The translations under genes and the position numbers were made by a program. The notes beneath the pieces were generated by a model that made no database searches, had not been told where the DNA came from, and saw nothing but the letters and a program-made list of their open reading frames with translations. A stretch of DNA of 62,596 nucleotides, counting the filler, from Chiloscyllium plagiosum (lineage: Eukaryota), in the NCBI RefSeq assembly GCF_004010195.1. It is 4 parts of one record of this genome, joined end to end, with 100 filler letters (N's around TTAATTAATTAA, not from the genome) between each part and the next. Parts side by side here need not be neighbours in the genome. Positions count along the whole stretch, not along the records: positions 28,599 to 40,037 come from NC_057712.1; positions 40,138 to 56,270 come from NC_057712.1; 2 more parts are not named here. The stretch is one strand, 5' to 3'. Shown here piece by piece: positions 38,312-49,400 of the stretch (positions within the stretch are counted from its first letter, which is position 1; each line of letters opens with the position of its first letter).

Positions 38312-39600
38312 GAGTACAGAAGAAGTCCTTTAGCCCATCGATTCTCTACTGCCACAGATACATTACTACTTAGACTAGGACCACCTTACTGAATGGTTCA
38401 ATGAACTATGATAGTTCAAATGCTCATCCATGTACTTTTTAAGGATTGTGAAGTTGTCCCCTTAATTACTCTCCCAGGCAGTGCATTCCAGACCCTTACC
38501 GCCTTCTTGGCAAAAAGAAAATCCTCAAGTCCACTCCAGTTCTCCTGTCTACCACTTTAAATGCTCCCCCTTACTTTTGATTCTTTGATTAAAGGAAATA
38601 GCTACTTTCTATTCACTTGGTCTCTGCCCCTCATAATCTTAGATACCTGTATCAGGCATCTCTCTCAATCTTCTCTGATCCAAGGAAAAGAGCCCAAGCT
38701 TAATCCAACTTCTCTTCATACCTGAAATGCTCTATCGCAGGCAACATCCTGGTGAATCTCCTCTGCATCCCTTGCGGGGCAGTCACATCCTTCCTATGGT
38801 GTGCTGATCAGAATGCGCCCAGTATCCCAGCTGTGGTCTACAGTTTTGTGCAGCTTCAGGACAACGCCTCTGCTTTTATAATTTATGCCTCGATTGATAC
38901 AAGCAAGCATCCCTTCTTAACTACCCTATTATTCTACCCTACATCCTTCAGGGAACTTTGGACACGTACCTCAACATTCTTCTGAGCTTCCTCTTGTCCT
39001 GCCATTCATTGAGTATTCGCTTGTCTTGTTTCTTTTTTCACAGTGCAGCACCTCAAAGTTACCAGGGTTAAGTTTCTTTTCTGCCCATCTGATGAACTCT
39101 GTTTGTAACCTCCTTGTTACCCAAGGCCTTCCTCCTCACTGTCAACCACCTGACCAATCTTCGTGTCATCCGCAAAGTTACTTATTCCACCTACCGTCAT
39201 GCCCCCACCCCACATTTTCATCAGTATCATTAATATATATCACAAACAGTAAGGGACCCTATGGTGTGGTACGGCACACCAGCCTCCAATCACACTAACA
39301 GTCATCTGCCACCACCCTCTGTCTCTTGCCAACAAACCAAGTTTGGATCTAACTTGCCAAGCTACCTGGATTCTGTTAGCTTTAATTTTATTTGTCAATT
39401 TCCTATGTGGGACCTTGTCAAAGGCCTTACGGAAACCCATATAAACTGCATCAACCGCACTACTCATATCTACAAACTTAGTCATCCTCTTGAAAAATTC
39501 TACCAGAGTTGTTAGACATGACCTTCCCCTGACAAAGCCATGTTGACTATTGCTGATCAAACTTTGCCTCTCTGAATGGAGATTATTTTTTCTCTTCTAA
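38312..39600 (-). mobile_element. Old CR1 RT fragment
   Basis: QHGFVRGRSCLTTLVEFF..YMGFRKAFDKVPH. Confidence 0.85.
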
Positions 39601-39626
39601 GTCATCCTCTAAGTCTGTGTAAGAGA

Positions 39627-39900
39627 GGCTATCATCTGTAACCTGCAACTAATTGTGAACATGCAATAAACTATATTGTTAATTATAACAGACTCCCCGA
39701 AAAAAAGTGAGTCAACATTAAAAACAGCTAATTACACCGGCACCACTCCCCACCTCTTCCTCCGGCTATCATCTGTAACCTGCAACTAATTGTGAACATG
39801 CAATAAACTATATTGTTAATTATAACAGACTCCCCGAAAAAAAGTGAGTCAACATTAAAAACAGCTAATTACACCGGCACCACTCCCCACCTCTTCCTCC
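39627..39900. repeat. Exact 137-bp tandem duplication
   Basis: 39627-39763 matches 39764-39900 and spans the left boundary of a PLE RT fragment. Confidence 0.95.
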
Positions 39901-40037
39901 ACTACATTGATGACTGCATTGGCGCCACCTCGTGCTCCCGCGAGGAGGTTGAGCAATTCATCAACTTCACCAACACATTCCACCCTGACCTTAAATTTAC
40001 CTGGACCATCTCTGACACCTCCCTCCCCCTCCTGGAC
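39871..40037 (+). mobile_element. PLE-A RT fragment
   Basis: YIDDCIGATSCSREEVEQFINFTNTFHPDLKFTW with the catalytic YIDD motif. Confidence 0.9.
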
Positions 40038-40137
40038 NNNNNNNNNNNNNNNNNNNNNNNNNNNNNNNNNNNNNNNNNNNNTTAATTAATTAANNNNNNN
40101 NNNNNNNNNNNNNNNNNNNNNNNNNNNNNNNNNNNNN

Positions 40138-40278
40138 CTGACATCTCTCGCTCTCTCTCTCTCTGACATCTCTCCCTCTCTCTCTGACATCTCGCTCTCA
40201 CTTTGTCATCTCTCTCTCTCTTTCTTTGGCATCTCTCCCTCTGACATCTCCATCTCTCTGACATATCTCTCTCTCTCT
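40138..40278. repeat. (TC)n-rich minisatellite with tgacatc units
   Basis: Repeated ctgacatctct(ct)n. Confidence 0.9.
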
Positions 40279-40836
40279 GTGCAGATCTGGTCTCCAAATT
40301 TGAGGAAAGACATTCTGGCTATTGAGGGAGTGCAGCGTAGGTTCACGAGGTCAATTCCTGGAATGGTGGGACTACCTTATGCTGAAAGACTGGAACAACT
40401 TGGCTTGTATACCCTTGAGTTTAGAAGGCTGAGAGGGGATCTGATTGAGACATATAAGATTATTAAAGAATTGGATACTCTGGAGGCAGGAAACATGTTT
40501 CCGCTGATGGGTGAGTGCTGAACCAGAGGACACAGCTTAAAAATACGGGGTAGACCACTTAGGACAGAGCTTAGGAGAAACTTCTTCACCCAGAGAGTGG
40601 TGGCTGTGTGGGATGCTCTGCCCCAGGGGGCAGTGGAGGCCCACTCTCTGGATTCATTTAAGGAGGAGTTGGATAGAGCTCTCAAAGATAGTGGAATCAA
40701 GGGTTATGGAGATAAGGCAGGAACAGGATACTGATTAGGAATGATCAGCCATGATTAATATTGAATGCGGTGCAGGCTCGAAGGGCTGAATGGCCTACTC
40801 CTGCACCTATTGTCTATTGTCTATTGTCTATTGTCT
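40279..40836 (+). mobile_element. Young CR1 3' end
   Basis: QIWSPNLRKDILAIEGVQRRFTR; (ctattgt)n tail. Confidence 0.9.
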
Positions 40837-41466
40837 AAACCTCATTCCCTGAATTCAACTTCTCTCTTGCGTAGTAGATTCTTGATTCCACTGTTGGCAT
40901 TCCTGATACTGTTTCACTTCTGCTCTCCAATGCATCACACCAACATTCTCCCTCAACCCCCGACCCTACAGCCCCTCTGGGTCCAAGAAAATAAGCCTTC
41001 TCTCCATTAACAACGCTGCTGGAACAATCCCTGTACTTGCATGGGGTTGGTGCTATAATCAAATAGGAACCAGGGCAGTTTGGGATCTAGTGAAGCTGTA
41101 ACCTGTTTCGTTAAGCTGCCTTCAAAGTTTGGACTGCTCTTTCTGCAAGATTATTGGATGATGGATGGTTTAGAGCTGTGCTTCTATGTCAAGTATCATT
41201 TGACTTTAGGAAGTACTCAAACTGCCTGCTGGTAAACGATGGCCAGCTCTCTGTGCCTGACACTTCCACGAATCTGCGTATTTCAAAAGATGTTTGCAGG
41301 TTTTCTATTGTTGCCCCTGTGTTTGCTGAATAAATTGTATGCACATCCAGCTACTTTGAGTGGGTGTCTATAATGACTAAGAACATTAAGCCTATCAAGG
41401 AACTGCATTGTCAATGTGTAACCGAGCCCAGGATTTATCCGGCTATTCCCATAAATCTTAGTGGGT

Positions 41467-42490
41467 TTGAGAAGATTTGTAGCTCAGGTTGAAGTTTTGG
41501 ATGTAAGTTTGGTCGCTGAGCTGAAAGGTCAATTCCAGATGTTTCGTTACCGTACTAGGTAACATCTTCAGTGGACCTCATGTGAAGCAATGCTGAAAAT
41601 TCCTGCTTTCTATTTATATGTTTGGTTTTCTTTGGGTTGGGGATGTCATTTCCTGTGGTGATGTTATTTCCTGTGGTGAAGTCACTTCGTATTCCTTTTC
41701 TTAGGTGGTGGTGGATGGGGTCTAACTTAATGTGTTTGATGATAGAGTTCCGATGGAATGCCATGCTTCTAGGAATTCTCATGCATGTCTTTGTTTGGCT
41801 TGTCCCAGGATGGATGTATAGTCCCAGTCAAAGTGGTGTCCTTCCTCATCCGTATGTGAGGATACTAGTGAGAAAGGGTTATGTCTTTTTATGGCTAGTT
41901 GGTGTTCATGTATCCTGGTGGCTAGTTTCCCACCTGTTTGTCTAATGTAGTGTTTGTTACAGTCCTTGCATAGTATTTTGTGATTGACGTTAGTTTTGCT
42001 CATTATCTATATAGGGTCTTTCAAGTTCATTAGCTGCTTTTAATGTGTTGGTGGGTTTTTGGGCTACCATGATGCCAAGGGGTCTGAGTAGTCTGGCAGT
42101 CATTTCCGAGATATCTGTGATGTAGGGGAGAGTGGCTAGAGTTTCTGGATGTGTTTTTTATACTTGTTTGTGTTTGTTGCTGAGAAATCGGCAGACTGCG
42201 TTCATTGGGTATCCATTCTTTTTGAATGCACGTTATAAGGGATTTTCCTCTGCTTTGCGTAGTTCCTCTGTGCTGCAATGTGTGTTGGCTCATTGAAATA
42301 ATGTTCTGATGCAGCTTCATTTATGGGTGTTGGGATAATTGCTTCTGTAGTTCAATATTTGGTCTGTGTGTGTTGCTTTTCTGTAGACGCTGGTTTCAAG
42401 TTCCCCATTGGCCATTCGCTATACTGTGACAACTAGGAATGGCAGTTTGTTGTTGTTTTCCTCCTCTTTAGTGAACTTAATGCCAGTAAA
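41467..42490 (-). mobile_element. PLE family B (Poseidon-like) 3' part with GIY-YIG and tail
   Basis: SKTNVNHKILCKDCNKHYIRQTGGKLATRIHEHQL (GIY-YIG); RT end with LPFL..VYRKATHT motif. Confidence 0.85.
41535..41575 (-). ncRNA. Minimal hammerhead ribozyme (PLE-B)
   Basis: Minus strand tcca-CTGAAGA-t-gttacc tagtac ggtaac-GAAA-catc-tgga: 6-bp stem II, 4-bp stem I; ACGT appears changed to ACAT by CpG decay. Confidence 0.75.
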
Positions 42491-42717
42491 AACTCACTAG
42501 GTCCTCTCATATAGGGTCTCCTCATTCTTGAATTGCCAAGTAAAACTGACAGAGGAGGCTCCTTAACTAAATTCATCAACTCTTGAAAGGCTTTTGTATC
42601 TGGTACCTCAGGGAAAGTTAGGATCCTAATAACTGAAATACTGTGGGTCCAGAAACTATCAGGAGAATTGCTCGTAGCTTTTCATCTGCGCCAATGAAAT
42701 TTTTTTCTAAAAAATGT

Positions 42718-42929
42718 GTGATTGAGTTGGGGTAAGCATTTCTACCATAATGGTGTTATTTGGGAAACTTGAACTTTTTGACTCTGCTATCAAAGACTGG
42801 GCCCAATATGAGGAAAAAATGTATGCATTTTTTCCTCATATTGGGCCCAGTCTTTGATAGCAGAGTCAAAAAGTTCAAGTTTCCCAAATAACACCATTAT
42901 GGTAGAAATGCTTATCCCAACTCAATCAC
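42718..42929. repeat. 212-bp near-perfect palindrome (104-bp arms, 4-nt loop)
   Basis: 42718-42821 is the reverse complement of 42826-42929 with one mismatch. Confidence 0.95.
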
Positions 42930-43214
42930 GACTCTTGTGAGTAAATTACTTCAGGAATGTGCCTTTGTCTCATCACCAGTGAAATAACTCCACAGAGGTT
43001 GGTGTCCCATCACCAAGTCAACCTTTATTTACATATAGAGAGTCCTTGACGCTGAGCCAGCTTCTTCAGAGCCAGTTCTTAGAGTGAGCAGAACCTCTAA
43101 CTCTTCAGTTTATTTTTTTGCATCAAATCAACCAGTGTGCATTCTTATAAGCTCCATACACAAAGCATAGACATTTAGGCTTAGCGTCTATGTATGAAAT
43201 CAAATCACTTGATG

Positions 43215-43517
43215 ATTAGAGTAGATTAGATATCCTATACTGCGGAAACAGGCCCTTTGGCCCAACCAGTACACACTGACCCTCCAAAGTGTAACCCATC
43301 CAGACCCTTTTTCCTCTCTCTAATGCACCTAGCACTATGAGCAATTGAGCATGGCCAATTCACGTGACCTGCACATCTTTGGACTGTGGGAAGAAACCTA
43401 CCCAGACACGGGGAGAACGTGCAAACTCCACACAGACAGTCATCTGAGGCTGGAATCGAACTTGGGACCCTGGTGCTGTGAGGCAACACTGCTAACCACT
43501 GAGCCACCGTGCTGCCC
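43215..43517 (-). mobile_element. HE1-type V-SINE
   Basis: Head gggcagcacggtggctcagtggttagc, V-domain, tctaa tail. Confidence 0.9.
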
Positions 43518-43591
43518 AAACACCATGCAGATTTAAACCCAACATCCCTCACATACTACGCAGGTGTATTAACCAACTAAGCCACAGCACC
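43518..43591 (-). pseudogene. tRNA-Thr(AGT)-derived sequence
   Basis: GGTGCTGTGGCTTAGTTGGTTAATACACCTGCGTAGTATGTGAGGGATGTTGGGTTTAAATCTGCATGGTGTTT vs recalled vertebrate tRNA-Thr-AGT GGCGCCGTGGCTTAGTTGGTTAAAGCGCCTGTCTAGTAAACAGGAGATCCTGGGTTCGAATCCCAGCGGTGCCT; B box and stems mutated. Confidence 0.7.
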
Positions 43592-43659
43592 ACCTTTCTT
43601 TCAACAAGACAGCACGAAAAGCATAGAGGTAAACTTTCAACTCTGCATTTTTTTTTAGT

Positions 43660-43942
43660 TTAGATTAGATTCCCTACAGTGTGGAAACAGGCCCTTCGGC
43701 CCAACCCATCCCATCCAGACCCATTCCCCTACACCTAACACTATGGACAATTTAGCATGGCCAATTCACTTGACCTGCACATCTTTGGACTGTGGGACGA
43801 AACCGGAGCACCCGGAGGAAACCCACGCAGACACGGGGAGAATGTGCAAACACCACACAGACAGTTGCCTGAGGTGGGAATCAAACCCGGGTCTCTGACG
43901 CTGTGGGGCAGCAGTGCTAACCACTGAGCCACCGTGCTGCCC
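43660..43942 (-). mobile_element. HE1-type V-SINE
   Basis: Head, V-domain and tail as in other copies. Confidence 0.9.
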
Positions 43943-44879
43943 TACTCTTCAGTTTATATCTGCCAGCCAGGGTTCCCTGATTGGACCAGGTTAACAGCAC
44001 CAGTAAGGGAACTCATATTCTGTGAGATCTACCTGGTGACCTCGTTACAATCACTACAGCCAATTTACGACAGCGATGAGCAGAAATGTTTTCTCACATT
44101 GAATTGTGTGTCTAAGCAACTTCCTTCCTTAAAAGTCAGTAGAAGCAGAATCTTTGTATATTTTTAAAGCAGCGGTAGTTGGATTCTTGATACACAAAGG
44201 GGTGCAATGTTATCAGGGATAAGCAGGAAGGTAAAGAAATCAGATGAGCCACAAACATAATTAGTGATGGAGAAGGTTCAAGGAACTGAGCAGCCTATTC
44301 TTTCTCATTTGTATGACAGTACAAGGTGAGGTAAACCCAGTCGTATGGAATTTTGGAAACCAGCGCTCCAAAGTCACATGTTATACCCACCACTTCATGT
44401 CACAAATCACTTAGCAACTGAATTCCAAAAAGGTTATTGTCTAAAAGACATCCATCTATTCTTAAAGAGAAATGAAGAGAAAATTCAGGAATAGAAAGTT
44501 AGCCAGAGATGTTAGTCTTGCCTTGTCACAAAGTACTGTTTCTTTGACTGGTAGATTTGTCAACTATCTCAAGAAGGTGGACAGAATAGATATGTTTGCA
44601 GGTCAACTGACAAGTACTACTAATTGAATTTTTACATCATGATCATTGAAATCATATAGATGTGTGGTGATATAGGAAGACTCCCTTGAAGAAAGGAAGG
44701 AAGAGGATACAGGGAGAAATGCAACAATGGGTAAGGTATTGTCCCCAGACAGACATAGAAAGGAGACATAGAAAGATCATGGATTTATGTAACAGTTTAT
44801 ACACCAAAATGGACATCTCAAAATATTTTATGAACAACAGTCTTTTGTTTCTCATTATTATCATTACTTAGGACAAACT

Positions 44880-45120
44880 CACCAATCAGTTTGCATACAG
44901 CTCATTCGCAAAAATGGCAATGGGACTAATGATTAATGACACCAATAATAACTTCTATTGATCCTGGCTGAAGGAGGATTGTTGGCCAAGACACCAGGAG
45001 AATATTCAGCTCTTCTTCCTAAAGTGGCTAGAAATGTTTTATAACCATCATTGCAAGCCTGAAATTGGCATTTATTATCAAAGAGGGTGTTTCCAATTAT
45101 GCAATAGGCCTTGGGCTGAA
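44880..45120 (-). mobile_element. Ancient DeuSINE-like (Deu-domain) fragment
   Basis: ttggccaagacaccaggagaatattcagctcttcttcctaaagtggc resembles the recalled Deu domain; similar scraps at ~46000-46120 and 46370-46445. Confidence 0.5.
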
Positions 45121-46449
45121 TACGAGTCAACTGGATTAAAACAACAAGATCTGAACCTGCAGTAGTAATTAAAATCATAAAAACTGTAGTTCTAGCAAAC
45201 ATTGCTGCTAATACATGGCCAGTTACATATTCTCATTTTACCAACTTCTGACCATCATGTTCTGACAATTCATAAAGTTAGGTCACTCGTAGATTTTTTT
45301 TTCAATGAATTTAATTAGCAAATATCGATAAATTTTAAAATAATATAATCTACAGTTTCATAATGTGAATAGGCTGTAATTAATAAACATACTTCTTGGA
45401 TTCAAAATCTGACCATTAAAACTACAAAATACAAATTGGAAACATTTTGGGCCTTTGTCATGGTCTTTTCACAAAATTACCAATTGCCATGCAAACATAT
45501 AATTGATATAGGAATTTATCGTAAATACTTGTGTTGATTAAAATTGATTGATTTGCATGTGGATTAAATACTATGTTATAAAATTCTATAAGGACGTATC
45601 ATGTTAACAGTGCAATGCAGTGAAAAGTCACCATAAAGATAATTAATGGGATTTGCTGCTCCTCTTACAACCCTCAAATATTATGGTGGGTCATAGATGT
45701 GCTAAAAAAAATGATCTCACCAGGGTTAATCAACAATGAGCCATGATTCTTACTATAATGAGCACATTACTTGGGACAATATAATGAGCATTGGAAAAAT
45801 CTGTCTCCCTGTAGGATTTATTTCATCTTATTATGCTATCTCATGGGAACTTCAGCTTCATTATTATTATTTCCTCCAGTCCACTTTTACATTCCAAGCA
45901 TGCATTCAAATTCACAACTTTTCTCAAACTGCAAGGAAAGCAAGAGGTGAAGAATCTAATTAAATAGTGGTTTACCAGTGTTAAAGGAAACCTTTTCCAA
46001 CTTTACAGTGCTTGTCACAACCTCAGAATGTTTCTTTGTAGTCTCTCTATGAAGTTTAGTCACAGTTGTGGAAGAATGTAGGCAACGACCTTCATTGTCA
46101 CCACCAATTTGTACAAACAGTGCAACTGGCTGAATTCCTATCCCATGGTTTTCAATGAGCAGATCATTGAGTGGGCTCTACAACTGCTGTATCATATCCC
46201 TCAGAAAACCTTGCCCTCTAAATTGTCTAAGTGAAAATGAGCTTCTAAACATTATGAATGATATATCCGGTCATTTGTGTTTTAATGCATTCTATCAACA
46301 TAGTGGATCCAGGATGCTGGATCAAACTCTGACCTTGGACCCATTGACCTACTCCTGAGTCAAGTGCAATAATGAGGGAGATGCTACCTTTTGGAAGAGA
46401 TATTAAATGAAGGTGCCCTCTGGTCCCTCAGCTGGGCGTGAAACACAAA

Positions 46450-49400
46450 CTGGGAACAGGAATAGGCTTTTTGACTCTTCTAGCTTGCTGTTCCATTCAA
46501 TAGGATCATTTCTGGTCATGCCACTGAGTACGCTGCTCCCAATTTTGTCCCATAGCCTTTGATCCCTTTACCCCTAAGAATTATATCTAGCCCCTTCCTA
46601 AAATCATTCAATGTTTTGGCTTCTTTTGCTTTCTGTGGCAGAGAATTCCACAGGCTCATCAGTCCTTGAGTGAAGAAATTTCTCCTCATTTCAGTCCTAA
46701 ATGGCCTCCCCTATATTCTGAGACAGCGACCCTTGGTCTGAATTCCTCAGTCATCAGAAACATCCTTCCTGCAGTTTATCCTGTTAAAATTCTATTGGTT
46801 TTATTATCCCTCCTCATTCTTCTAATTTCCAATAAATAAAAGAGGGAGACCTAATCGTGTTATCACAAGACTATAATCCAGACTATTAATGCTGCCAAAA
46901 ATACCATTTCCATGAATGCTGCCAGCCACTTCACTTCCATCACAATGGTTGCTCCCGAACACATCTCTTCCACCCCTGCGACTGCCCCTGCTGACATCAC
47001 GTACTGGGTCACCGCCATCCATGCCACCTCTGCAAATGCCGGCAGGGACACCTACCACCAAAAAGACCACTTCTGCAAATGCCACTGAGAATGCCACTGA
47101 GAATGCCACTTCTGTCTCCTTGGTTGCCACCAACAGTCACGTGATTTACATGACTGCCCCCACTCCAGAGACAATTTCCACCTTTATGCCAACTCCAACT
47201 CAATACAAGACCCCAGTACCAAGCCCTGCTAGGTATTCACTATCCCCTCCAAACCTTCACCTCACTGAGGATGAATGCTCAGCCCTCAGTAAAGGCCTTA
47301 TCTTCATCCCACTACACCTATGTCAACGCATTCCATACATGCTGCAATATTGATCTTTCCTTCCTCCACCTCCGTGCTTACTTTGTTGATCCTGCCTCCC
47401 ATACACCTTCCAAAGACCCCTTCCCCTGCCTCCAATGTAACACCACCCCCTTGGACTCCCCACCCTGGCCTCTTACCCTCCCTCAATCTCTTTATCTCCA
47501 ACTGCCTTTGTGACATTGACTGCCTCAACTTGTCCTCCCTTCTCACCCACTCCAACCTGTCACCCTCGTAACACTCAGCCCTCCACTCGCCCTGCTCAAA
47601 CCCCAATCTCACCATCAAACCAGCTGACAACAGGGGGGGTGGAGGTTAGTGGTAGTATGACCCTACTGACTGTACATCGCCGAAGTCTGATGCCAACTCG
47701 CCGACCCCTTTCTCATACCACAGCCTCGGCCACAACCCCACGTCCCATCACTAAACTATCTCCCAAATTAACCACAAGTCCATCACCTCAGGGGATCTCC
47801 CATCCACAGCCTCTAACCCCACACCGCCTTGTTCTACCTCTTACCCAAAATCCACAAACCTGACTGACCCGCTCGACCGATTGTCTCCACCTACACCTGC
47901 CCCACTGAGCTTATCTCCTCACATCACAAATCAGTCCTGTTCCCCCTGGTCTTGGAACTCCCCACATAAATCCTGGATATCACCCATGTCCTCCACCTCC
48001 TCCAAGACTTTTGATTCCCCAGCCTCTAACACCTCATCTTCACCATGGACATCCAGTCCCTACATACGTTCATTCCCCCATGATGAAGGCCTACACGCCC
48101 TGTGATTCTTCCTGTCCCACCAACCCAACTAGTATCCTTCCACTGGCACTCTCATTTGATTGGCAGAACTGGTCCTCACCCTCAACAATTTCTCCTTTGA
48201 ATCCTCCCACTTCCTACAGACAAGAGGGGTAGCCATAGGCACCCACATGTGCCCCAGCGATGCCTGTCTCTTCATAGGATACATGGAACAGTCCTTCTTC
48301 TGTAGCTCCACTGGTACTATCACCAACCTTATCCTCCGTTACATTGATGGCTGTATTGGTGCCACCTTGCGCTCCCATGAGGAAGTTGAACAGTTTATCA
48401 ACTTCACCAACACCTTCCACCCTGACCTCAAGTTCACATGGACCATCCCCAACACCTCCCTCCTCTTCCTGGACCTTTCAGTCATGTGACCGACTCAAAA
48501 CAGACATCTATTTCAAACCCACCGGCACTTACAGCTACCTTTATTACACCTCCTCCCAACCCACCTCCTGGAAAAACATAATCCCTTACTCCCAATTCCT
48601 CTGCCTCCGCCTCCGCCATAACTGCTCCCAAGAGGAGCAAATCCACTCCAGGATATCCCAGATGTCCTCTATTTCAAGGACCACAATTTCCCCTCCCACG
48701 TGATCAACAATGCCTTCCGTCGCATCTCCTCCACTTGCTGCACTTCCAGCCTCAAATCCCACACCCCCAACCACAACATGCGAGGTAATTGTGATAGGTT
48801 GGTGGGGAGAGTGGAATGGATAGGTGGAAGGAAGATGACAGGTAGGACAGGTCAAGAGGGCGGTGCTAAGTTGGAGTGGTGGACCTGGGATGAGGTGGTT
48901 GGGTGGGGAGGGGAGATTTGGAAACTAATGAACTCAAATCCCACTCCCCCCAACCCGGTCCTCATCTTCCACCTGACAAACCTCCAGATACGGTGCATTA
49001 TCTTCTGCCATGTTCACCACCCGCATTCAGACCCCCCCCACCAAAAATATATTCCCCTCCCTACTCCTATCAGCGGAGACTATTCCTTCTGCGACTCTCT
49101 CGTTAGATCCACGCTCTCCATGAACACTCCCCCTACACCAGGCACGTTTGCCTGCCACCACATGAGGTATAAAACCCGAACCCATACCTCCCCCAGCACC
49201 TCCATCCAAGGCCCTAAAGGATCATTTCAAATCTAGCAGAGATTTTCCTGCACATCCTCTCACCTACTGCACCCATTGTCTTGATGTGATCTCCTCTACA
49301 TCGGAGAGACAGGATGTCAACTCACGGAGCAGTTCAGGGAACATCTCTGGTCCGCACGCACCAAACAACCCCACTGCCCCGTGATCAACCACTTAAACTC

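Larger units (their letters stand above)
41030..44058 (-). mobile_element. Internally deleted Gypsy LTR retrotransposon (5' LTR, PBS, gag, integrase)
   Basis: LTR TGTAGT..TTTCA at 44058-42980 (split by an insertion) with TATAAA and AATAAA; PBS TGGTGATGAG at 42978-42969; gag LFGKLELFDSAIKDWAQYEEKM..IGADEKLRAILL..PDTKAFQELMNLVKE; integrase RLHID..MFLVIIDTHSK..FTSRQFEYFLKSN..HPSSNNLAERAVQTLK at ~41030-41440. Confidence 0.85.

Noticed and set aside
39627..39900. 137-bp exact duplication as a functional repeat or CRISPR-like unit
   Set aside because: Two copies, no spacers, close to a contig end; possibly an assembly artefact.
43518..43591. Functional tRNA-Thr gene
   Set aside because: B box GTTCGAATC is mutated to GTTTAAATC, the D and anticodon stems are broken, and no terminator precedes the fused SINE.
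46822..47353. Thr/Ala/Pro-rich mucin-like ORFs with ATEN repeats
   Set aside because: Contiguous with the PLE RT; it is the low-complexity N-terminal region of the element.
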